DNA of 64,000 nucleotides from an uncultured virus (IMG/VR IMGVR_UViG_3300025139_000008) (Duplodnaviria; Heunggongvirae; Uroviricota; Caudoviricetes). Each line of letters starts with the position of its first letter. The stretch's first letter is position 1. This document shows positions 19,822-27,079 of the stretch, one piece after another. The translations under genes were made by a program, and so were the position numbers. The notes under the pieces are model-generated. The model did no database searches, had not been told where the DNA came from, and saw nothing but the letters and a program-made list of their open reading frames with translations. Location: IMG/VR virus record IMGVR_UViG_3300025139_000008, one strand, 5' to 3'.

Positions 19822-20038
19822 TACCGGGACCCGGCACCCTGAGAACAGGGGCCGGGTTTCCAAACACCGGCGGGACCCGGCCCACTGAGAACAAGGGCCG
19901 GGTTTCCAAATTGGTAACCAATCGTTAAGGTTAACAAATTGATGAAATGAGTTAACTATTAAAGTGGAAAAAGTGCTTGACCGAATCGCTGGGAACGGGC
20001 AAACGAATCAGGCGCACTCAAGCGCAGGAGACAGACCA

Positions 20039-20326
20039 ATGCCCAAACTTTACAATGCGGACATTAGCATCACCGCGACCGCCTATGTGATCGCTGAGAA
20101 CGAAGACGACGCACGGGAAAAGATTAGCGCCCTTCAAGGGGACTACATCGAATTTTCCGACCGCCGCCAGCAAGTGGCAGACGACCTGTTCGTGACCGGC
20201 GAAACCTATGGCCCTGATATGCCGAAACTGTCGCTGAGCCCTGCTATGACCATCAACCACAGCGCGACTCGCCCCTATGTCTGTCTGGTGCAGGAACTGA
20301 CCGGCGAAGAAGAGGATGTAGGATGA
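20039..20326 (+). CDS. hypothetical cassette protein
   Basis: AGGAGA RBS. Confidence 0.8.
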   Translation: MPKLYNADISITATAYVIAENEDDAREKISALQGDYIEFSDRRQQVADDLFVTGETYGPDMPKLSLSPAMTINHSATRPYVCLVQELTGEEEDVG

Positions 20327-20598
20327 TGCACGAAGCCAATCAATCCCGGATCGACTGGGCAAAGAACGCCCTCGATACCTTCACCATCGAAACCTATGGC
20401 GGACGGCCTTACTCGACGCTTGAAGCGCAATGCGCCGACTGCGAAGAAGGTGAGGGTGACGACTACACGGCCATCCAAGACCTTATCGGTGATTTGCTCC
20501 ATGTGGCCCACGAAAGAGGCTGGAACACAGCCGAACTAATCCGGCGGGCGGAAGCCAACTTCGTCTATGAAGCTGCACCGGACTATCAAGGCGACTAA
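20323..20598 (+). CDS. acidic hypothetical cassette protein
   Basis: Coupled ORF; terminator follows. Confidence 0.8.
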   Translation: MMHEANQSRIDWAKNALDTFTIETYGGRPYSTLEAQCADCEEGEGDDYTAIQDLIGDLLHVAHERGWNTAELIRRAEANFVYEAAPDYQGD

Positions 20599-20932
20599 GG
20601 GAGAGGGGCTTCGGCCCCTCTTTGCTTTTTGGTCGTTTTGGATCACCGCCGCTTTGGATCGACGCGACTTTGGATCGCCCCGGTTTTGGGTTTGGATCAT
20701 TTCGATTTTCATGATCGCCGCCATTTTGCAGGAGCCCGGACCGACCGACCGAACCAGCCGACCGAGCCCCACGCTCCCCACCAGCAGATGGTTAACGAAA
20801 CTGACCAATCTGTTAAGGTTAACGCCGGCGGCCGAATCCGTTAAGGAATATGGTTAACAGATTGGCTGATTTTGTTAACCATCAAAGTGGAAATAGTGCT
20901 TGACCGAATCAGCGAATCGGTCCATACCCGAA

Positions 20933-21046
20933 TGGTAAATGGCTGGACAGCCAGATCAAGGAACTGGATTGCGATTGGGGCGACCCTGTTTCACCTGAAT
21001 GCGAATCGCATCTCTATTGAGGGAGCGGGCTTCGGCCCGCCTCTTG
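20933..21046 (+). ncRNA. candidate small RNA (cassette with promoter and terminator but no RBS-led ORF)
   Basis: Promoter at 20900, hairpins including GGG-GCGA-CCC, terminator GCGGGC-TTCG-GCCCGC. Confidence 0.4.
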
Positions 21047-21187
21047 GCTGGTAACGGTTTGTTAAGGTTAACGGTCGGCCGGGATTTGTTAACCATCAAA
21101 GTGAAAAGTAAGTGGAAAAACTGCTTGACCGAATCGGCTTAGACTGGCACTAACGAATCACCGCAATCAAGCGGACGGAGAAAGACT

Positions 21188-21274
21188 ATGAGCCGACACC
21201 AGAAACGCCGCCTTGCCGCCAAGCGTGCGCGCATCGCCATTCTTTCCTCGTGGATCGCAAAGGGCCGCCGCTAA
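21188..21274 (+). CDS. 28 aa basic peptide MSRHQKRRLAAKRARIAILSSWIAKGRR
   Basis: GGAGA RBS after the promoter; TAATG coupling to the next gene. Confidence 0.65.
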   Translation: MSRHQKRRLAAKRARIAILSSWIAKGRR

Positions 21275-21540
21275 TGGCTGGCTTCTGGGATCGCGTGGAC
21301 ACCCTCGAAATGGTGGAACTCTACGCCGAGGACAACGGCCAGATTGCCAGCGAAGAGGAGCTTTCCAAGCGCTTTGACGAAGAAGTGCTTCCCGATGTGA
21401 TCGCACACTACGGCGAAAACGATTCGGTTGCTATCAATGAAGAATTTAGCAACTGGTCGGACATGCTGTGTAAGGACGGCGAAATTCACCCGGAACAATA
21501 CAATTCGTATTGCTACGTTGGAAAGCTGGCAGACGACTAA
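21274..21540 (+). CDS. highly acidic small protein
   Basis: Coupled start MAGFWD. Confidence 0.8.
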   Translation: MAGFWDRVDTLEMVELYAEDNGQIASEEELSKRFDEEVLPDVIAHYGENDSVAINEEFSNWSDMLCKDGEIHPEQYNSYCYVGKLADD

Positions 21541-21651
21541 GGCGAGGGGCTTAGGTCCCTCACCAAACTTTTTTTTTGTAATTAGTGGAAAAAGTGCTTG
21601 ACCGAATCGGTTGGTTCGCCTAGAAACGAATCAACAGCAACGGAGGCAGTC

Positions 21652-21756
21652 ATGCAGATCAACACCTACCACGTTTACATCAACAACACCTTTTCCGGGA
21701 TCATCTCGGCGGTGTCTTACCGGCAAGCGCGCCAGCGCGCTAAGGCCAAGGTTTGA
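21652..21756 (+). CDS. 34 aa peptide resembling the N-terminus of 26214..26486
   Basis: GGAGG RBS; sole ORF between promoter and terminator. Confidence 0.65.
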   Translation: MQINTYHVYINNTFSGIISAVSYRQARQRAKAKV

Positions 21757-21918
21757 GGGGAGGGGCTTCGGCCCCTCTTTCTTTTTGCCCGGTGAAATTT
21801 GTTAACCTTAACGAATATGGTTAACAAATTGACGTTTGGGGTTAACTATCAAAGTGGAAAAAGTGCTTGACCGAATCGGTGACTCGTGCGAAAACGAATC
21901 ATCAATCGGAGACAGATC

Positions 21919-22050
21919 ATGCAAAACATCCGCAAGAATCCCATTGCCGCCTCGCTCGCCAGCGCTCACCTCGCCCCTCGCAAGGTTCGCGCTCGTAAAG
22001 GCAAGGGCTCTTTCCGCCGCAACCCCAAGCATCGGGGAGTGGCGGCATGA
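21919..22050 (+). CDS. ArfA-like (alternative ribosome rescue factor-like) peptide, 43 aa
   Basis: MQNIRKNPIAASLASAHLAPRKVRARKGKGSFRRNPKHRGVAA carries the N-x-I..L.....R.....KGKGS-aromatic-x-R..KH signature; GGAGA RBS; below the ORF-track cutoff. Confidence 0.7.
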   Translation: MQNIRKNPIAASLASAHLAPRKVRARKGKGSFRRNPKHRGVAA

Positions 22051-22229
22051 GCCGCGCTCGCAACACCCTCGACTCCCGCTATAGCGTGCGCCTCGAATGG
22101 TGCGGACGTGCGACGCAGCAATGGGTTGCCCGCTTCTGTGGTGATTGGCTCGGATGCGACTCGACCCGCTCGGGCGCTGAGGAAATCGCCCGTCTGTATG
22201 AGCGCGACCGCTGGAGCATGGCAGCATGA
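22047..22229 (+). CDS. hypothetical protein (EWCG...WVARFCGDW)
   Basis: ATGA coupling. Confidence 0.75.
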   Translation: MSRARNTLDSRYSVRLEWCGRATQQWVARFCGDWLGCDSTRSGAEEIARLYERDRWSMAA

Positions 22230-22570
22230 GCGACCGCATCCGCCCCGTGACTTTCGACTCGGCCCAGATCGAGCCCTTTGCTGCTCGCATCATCGGCATA
22301 GCCGCTTCGCAATTCTGTCGCCTCAAAGAGCGCGAGAAAGAGACCGGAGAGAAGTCGGACCCCTTCGACATGGAAGATGCTCTTATGCATCTCTGGTGGG
22401 CTCTCAAGGGGCTTGATCACATTGCAATAGCGTTACGCGGCGGCAGGGACTGCGACGACGTGTCAGGCGTTCATTTTTCCATGGTGATGAATGCGGAACA
22501 CAGCAGGATTCGCCGCCTCATCATGGAAGAACTTGGAGTCGATCCCGGATCGCATCCGCGCTGGAAATGA
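22226..22570 (+). CDS. hypothetical cassette protein
   Basis: ATGA coupling; terminator follows. Confidence 0.75.
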   Translation: MSDRIRPVTFDSAQIEPFAARIIGIAASQFCRLKEREKETGEKSDPFDMEDALMHLWWALKGLDHIAIALRGGRDCDDVSGVHFSMVMNAEHSRIRRLIMEELGVDPGSHPRWK

Positions 22571-22777
22571 GGGGCTTCGGCCCCTCTCTTTTTGCCCGGT
22601 AACCCCACGTTAAGGTTAACCGATCGGGCGAAGTTGTTAACCATCAAAGTGAAATTGAAGTGGAAAAAGTTCTTGCACGAATCAGCGAATCGCCCTAGAC
22701 CCGAATCACCGGGCGGCACCTACTGACTGGCAGAGCAGCAGCAAGGCTCGCCCGGTAACTCACACAGGAGACAGGCT

Positions 22778-22939
22778 ATGTTCGAAGTCAAGACCACCCT
22801 GCGGACCTACAAGGTCGAAGCCAATCACATCAACGCCGCTTTCATCGCCGCAAACGTGCTGGCAGTGGAAGGCGAAGAAATCCTTTCCGTGGCCTATGCT
22901 GGGCCCGTCACGTTCATCATCGTGGAGATCGCGGCATGA
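22778..22939 (+). CDS. 53 aa hypothetical protein
   Basis: AGGAGA RBS; coupled to the next gene. Confidence 0.7.
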   Translation: MFEVKTTLRTYKVEANHINAAFIAANVLAVEGEEILSVAYAGPVTFIIVEIAA

Positions 22940-23154
22940 TCAGCAAGAAAGATGCCATCGCCAAGGCAATCGCGGCTGGAGCCTCGGAGGAGGAAATTGA
23001 TCGCCAAGCCGCAAACTACGTCCGCCAAGTCGGCACCGTGCCTTTCAACAACATGATTCGGGCTCTCAACATCGGCCCTTGGCACAACACCGTTGACGAC
23101 TGGACTCGGCTGGCAGCAGCCCTGACCGCGAGGGGATTGGCGCGAAAGCGCTAA
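22936..23154 (+). CDS. hypothetical cassette protein
   Basis: ATGA coupling. Confidence 0.75.
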   Translation: MISKKDAIAKAIAAGASEEEIDRQAANYVRQVGTVPFNNMIRALNIGPWHNTVDDWTRLAAALTARGLARKR

Positions 23155-23274
23155 TTCCTTAACGGAATTGATGAATTTGTTAAGGTTAACGCGAATTAAG
23201 AATAAAGTGGAAAAAGTGCTTGACCGAATCAGTTAACCATCCTAGAAACGAATCAACAGCAACGGAGACACACA

Positions 23275-23487
23275 ATGAAGATCAAGATCAAGACCACCGC
23301 TCGCTACACCGCAAAGCGCAAAGCCGCCATCATCGCCGATGTGGACAACGGCACCACCACCCTCGAAGACGTTTGCAGCCTGCACAACATCACAAGCGAA
23401 GAGTTTGCTGGCTGGCGTAAGTCGCTGGATCGCTCGGGACAGCAGGGGCTTCGGATCACTCGCCTGCAACACTACCGGGCAGCATAA
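23275..23487 (+). CDS. sciP: SciP / DUF1153 family small CtrA-inhibitory protein homologue
   Basis: RYTAKRKAAII..V..G..TLEDVC..HNITSEEF..W...LDRSG..GLR.TRLQHYR matches the SciP pattern RW...RKA.VV..V..G....EEAC..Y.LS.EEF..W....DRHG..GLR.TR.Q.YR. Confidence 0.85.
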   Translation: MKIKIKTTARYTAKRKAAIIADVDNGTTTLEDVCSLHNITSEEFAGWRKSLDRSGQQGLRITRLQHYRAA

Positions 23488-23637
23488 GGGGAGGGGCTTC
23501 GGCCCCTTTTCTTTTGGCCTTAACCCAGTGTTAAGGTTAACAGATCAGCCGAATTAGTTAACCAATTAGCTGGAAAAAGTGCTTGACCGAATCAGCGAAT
23601 CACCTTAGACCCGAATCACAAACAACGGAGACAGACC

Positions 23638-23880
23638 ATGCGTTTTCTTTCTGCAACCCTTATGGCCCTCGGCCTTTTAGCTGGTTATGGTGCTTTCTAC
23701 ATGACAGCGAACATTGACCTAACCCCGCTCGCCCCTGAGGCCCGGACCGTCACCCAGATGCTCTTTAACGCCCTTGCTATGTGCGGGCTTTGCCTGCCCG
23801 CCTTGTCGATGCTAGCGCTGCACGACGACGCAAACTTGCGCCGCCAGTATCCCCACCGCTATCGCAAGAATCGCCGCTAA
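23638..23880 (+). CDS. small two-TM membrane protein
   Basis: Two hydrophobic segments and a basic C-terminal tail. Confidence 0.75.
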   Translation: MRFLSATLMALGLLAGYGAFYMTANIDLTPLAPEARTVTQMLFNALAMCGLCLPALSMLALHDDANLRRQYPHRYRKNRR

Positions 23881-24044
23881 TGGAAACGCTGGCAGAATAT
23901 CGCCACAAGCGCGACCGGGCAATCGTTCAACGCCGCATGGGCGAAGAGCGCCGCCGCCACGTCAATCAATGCGTGGCTGACATCATCGCACAAGGTAAGA
24001 TGGAAGAGCGCCGCCAGACCATCCGCCGGGAGGAAGATCAATGA
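23880..24044 (+). CDS. hypothetical protein (METLAEYR...)
   Basis: TAATG coupling. Confidence 0.65.
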   Translation: METLAEYRHKRDRAIVQRRMGEERRRHVNQCVADIIAQGKMEERRQTIRREEDQ

Positions 24045-24241
24045 CAGACCGCCGATTCGTTATCGTGGAAAACGCCGGATATGAAGGCGAAAAAGACATC
24101 ACCCACTTTCTCACCTTGCGGGAGGCATTCGCCTATCAGCGCGGCCATTATGAGCCGGACGAGATCGAAGAATTGCACGTCGATATTCGCCAAGACTGGA
24201 CGGACGAAAACGGCGATTTTCATCAGGAATATGTCTATTAG
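24041..24241 (+). CDS. acidic hypothetical protein
   Basis: GGAGG RBS; coupled. Confidence 0.75.
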   Translation: MTDRRFVIVENAGYEGEKDITHFLTLREAFAYQRGHYEPDEIEELHVDIRQDWTDENGDFHQEYVY

Positions 24242-24308
24242 GTGGAAAAAGTGCTTGACCGAATCGATGGACTATGCGAAAACGAATCATCGAAACGGAG
24301 ACAAGCAA

Positions 24309-24503
24309 ATGACCACCATCCTGATCCTCGCAATCGCCTTCCTGATCACCGCCACCGTGGCAATCATCAAGGCCCGCGCCGAACTCGCCGCTCACGCCGC
24401 CGAACAGGCAAGCAAGCATATCCCCAACCCAACCGAATACACCGGCCCGCGCTTCACCGCACATGGCCGGGAAATCCAACAGACCGGACGCCGGATCATC
24501 TGA
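24309..24503 (+). CDS. single-TM small protein
   Basis: GGAGA RBS; hydrophobic N-terminus. Confidence 0.75.
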   Translation: MTTILILAIAFLITATVAIIKARAELAAHAAEQASKHIPNPTEYTGPRFTAHGREIQQTGRRII

Positions 24504-24659
24504 GAAAGGGGCGGGAGAAATCCCGCCCTTTTCTTTGTCTGGTAACCGGGTGTTAAGGTTAACAAAACGGTTAAATTCGTTAACCATCAAAGTGGAAAAA
24601 ATGCTTGACCGAATCGGCTGGTATGTTTAGACCCGAATCACTGGAAACGGAGACAGACC

Positions 24660-24857
24660 ATGAGCAATTCCACCGAACAAGCAATGGCCGCCGACCTCGA
24701 CCTTTGCGACATGATCCTTGCATTCGGAACGCCTGCCGCCAAGCGCAAGGCCCGCGCCCACCGCAAGGCTTGTTTCGCAGAAATCGCCCGGATGAACGCC
24801 GAGTCTGGGACTGACAAGCTGAGCGATGATGAATTACTCGCCGAATTGATGGCCTGA
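24660..24857 (+). CDS. hypothetical cassette protein
   Basis: GGAGACAGACC-ATG. Confidence 0.8.
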   Translation: MSNSTEQAMAADLDLCDMILAFGTPAAKRKARAHRKACFAEIARMNAESGTDKLSDDELLAELMA

Positions 24858-25045
24858 CAGGAACCGGCCCCTGACAACAGGGGCCGGGACCCTAATTCAC
24901 TGAGAAAAGGGGCCGGGCTCCAAAATCGTAAATTCAGGTTAACCTTAACCGATCGGCCGAAATCGTTAACCATCAAAGTGGAAAAAGTGCTTGACCGAAT
25001 CGGCTGGCGCGTTTAGACCCGAATCACTGGAAACGGAGCCAGACC

Positions 25046-25321
25046 ATGGAAAGATTCGAACTGACAGGCTCGGGCATCAGCGACGGGCAGAATCCGGAAA
25101 AACTGCTTGCCGCCGCGAAAAAGTGCGGCCTTCACAATCCCCGACTCGCCTATCACTTCGGCTGGTCGAATCAGCCGAAAACGATTCGTTTCAGCGCTGA
25201 AAGCTGGGAAGCTGCCGATAAGGTCGCCGATCTGGTGCGAACCGAATTTTACCCGGAAAATGCCGAGGGCCGTTTGTGCCCGATGATTCGGGCCTATCCG
25301 GTGAAAGCCCCGGAAGCCTGA
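25046..25321 (+). CDS. hypothetical cassette protein
   Basis: GGAG RBS; terminator follows. Confidence 0.8.
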   Translation: MERFELTGSGISDGQNPEKLLAAAKKCGLHNPRLAYHFGWSNQPKTIRFSAESWEAADKVADLVRTEFYPENAEGRLCPMIRAYPVKAPEA

Positions 25322-25494
25322 TCCCGGAAAAGCCCGATTCGCCGAATCGGGCTTTTTCTTTGGCGGTAATCTCTGGTTAACCTTAATAAAACGGCGAAAT
25401 TCGTTAACCCTAAAAATCGGGATTTTCTGGAAAAAGTGCTTGACCGAATCGGCCTTTTCTGGAAAAACCGAATCACCGCAAACGGAGAAATGAC

Positions 25495-25650
25495 ATGATC
25501 ACCATGGAAGCGATTATCGGGGGCCTTATTTCGGGGTTCGCTGTGCGCCTCTATGGTGCAGGACTGGCGCTCTATGTGGGCCTGTGTGCGAGCGACCTTA
25601 TCAGCAGCACCCTTGCCAGCGCCACGGCTACCCTAGACACCCTACCCTAA
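25495..25650 (+). CDS. 51 aa hydrophobic peptide
   Basis: GGAGA RBS after promoter 25440; MITMEAIIGGLISGFAVRLYGAGLALYVGLC. Confidence 0.55.
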   Translation: MITMEAIIGGLISGFAVRLYGAGLALYVGLCASDLISSTLASATATLDTLP

Positions 25651-25719
25651 CCTACTCTGTCCTGCCCGGCCTAGGCTGTGTGCGCGGCTCTCGGCTGCTA
25701 TGGATCAAGGTCATTTTAG

Positions 25720-25830
25720 GTATGCGTGCGTGTGCGCGTGCGTGCGTGTGCGCCTGTGCGTGCGCCTGTGCGGGCGCGTGCGCCTGCGGGTGTGCGCGCC
25801 TGCGTGTGTGTGTGCATGTGTGCGCGTGCC
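25720..25830. repeat. alternating purine-pyrimidine (GT/GC)n tract
   Basis: gtatgcgtgcgtgtgcgcgtgcgtgcgtgtgcg... for about 110 bp with few interruptions. Confidence 0.9.
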
Positions 25831-25848
25831 TGCCTAGGCGCGCACGAG

Positions 25849-26207
25849 GTGGAAAAACAAACTCACAAACTAATTCATTTTGTTATTGATTTGGTAACGA
25901 ATCCCTGCGATAAAGGGACATCGAAAGCGAACGGAGACAAGACCATGTTCAAGATCATTGACACCGCAAACAACAGCGAATGCCTTGGTAGCTATGAAAC
26001 CCGCGCTGGGGCAGACTACGGGCTCGGCATGGTAGCTTGTGGACGTGGTAACGACTCGGGCTTGCGTATCGTCAACCAAATGACTCATTGCGTAGAAGTG
26101 CCCGCCACGTTCTAAGTAGTGGAAAAACAAACTAACAAAATAATTCATTTTGTTATTGATTTGGTAACGAATCCCTGCGATAAAGGGACATCGAAAGCGA
26201 ACGGAGA
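25849..26207 (+). repeat. two near-identical ~89-bp promoter/RBS units (second cassette promoter type)
   Basis: GTGGAAAAACAAACT.ACAAA.TAATTCATTTTGTTATTGATTTGGTAACGAATCCCTGCGATAAAGGGACATCGAAAGCGAACGGAGA at 25849 and 26119. Confidence 0.9.
25945..26115 (+). CDS. hypothetical cassette protein
   Basis: GGAGA RBS; MFKIIDT start. Confidence 0.7.
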   Translation: MFKIIDTANNSECLGSYETRAGADYGLGMVACGRGNDSGLRIVNQMTHCVEVPATF

Positions 26208-26213
26208 AACAAC

Positions 26214-26486
26214 ATGACCAACCTGATCCCCACCTTCCGCGTTTACAAGAACAAGGTCCTTGTCGGCACCGTGTCGGCAACCACCGAACAGCAGGCCCAT
26301 GCCCGCGCATACGGCAAGTATGGCCGCTGCGAAGTCATGAAGGCTGACATGGAGCGCCGCCTTAGCACTAGCGGCCGTGTGGAGCGCGCTGACAGCAGCT
26401 TCACCCATGGCCGCAGCCCCTACCCCACCCCCGGCTTTGAGGCACGCCGTGCCGCTGAAATCGCCCGCTGGAAAGCGGGCGAATAA
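26214..26486 (+). CDS. basic hypothetical cassette protein
   Basis: GGAGA RBS; last gene of the array. Confidence 0.75.
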   Translation: MTNLIPTFRVYKNKVLVGTVSATTEQQAHARAYGKYGRCEVMKADMERRLSTSGRVERADSSFTHGRSPYPTPGFEARRAAEIARWKAGE

Positions 26487-27079
26487 GCCCACCTTAACAA
26501 ACGTTAACCTAAACGAAGGGCGAGTCGAGTGATCGACTCGCCCTTCCGATTCGCGTGCGAATCGAATCGATTCGTTCCTTTGCGAAAAAATTTGACCCCC
26601 TAGGGGACCCAAAGGGGTTTACCCCCACCTGAAAAAATCGGCCCTCTTAGCTCCTACATGAATCAAAACAGGTAGACATTCTCATATAGCTGTGCTAGTA
26701 TCCCTGTCCATGGTCAACTAAGATCATGCAGCAAGTGGAGGGGGACCCAACGACCCTCCCATCACGCCCAACTCCCAACAAAACCACCCGTATATTATAT
26801 ATTTTTTCATCACGCCCACTAAAGCTTTGATCCCCTCATCACTCCCATCTCGGCAAACCGGCGAACCGGCAAACCGACCAAAATGGTGACATGACGATCC
26901 GGTAATAGCCGTCGTGATGATATGTATTTTTGCGACCCACCGGGGGACCCAAAGGAGGGGGACCCATCGCCGGGGGACCCCGATGGCGATACACCGCCAT
27001 TATTACGTGACAGTGATGCACCTTAGCTGTGATGCAGTGGTGTCTTCCTGACGGATGCCTATCTTCCCCACCAAAATGA

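Larger units (their letters stand above)
10043..26486 (+). repeat. array of about 29 promoter-RBS-gene(s)-terminator cassettes with a conserved repeated promoter
   Basis: GTGGAAAAAGTGCTTGACCGAATC-type element with -35 at 10070, 10540, 11567, 12351, 13159, 13674, 14524, 15322, 15981, 16371*, 17020, 17689*, 18316, 18891, 19449, 19977, 20900, 21125, 21598, 21867, 22673*, 23220, 23583, 24255, 24605, 24991, 25440 (* = variant); second promoter type at 25886 and 26156. Confidence 0.95.

Noticed and set aside
25584..25944. Cys/Ala/Val-rich ORFs
   Set aside because: Artefact of the alternating GT/GC tract.
10043..26486. Classical integron with attC cassettes
   Set aside because: No IntI or other recombinase in the window; junctions lack the RYYYAAC...GTTRRRY attC fold; each unit has its own promoter and terminator.
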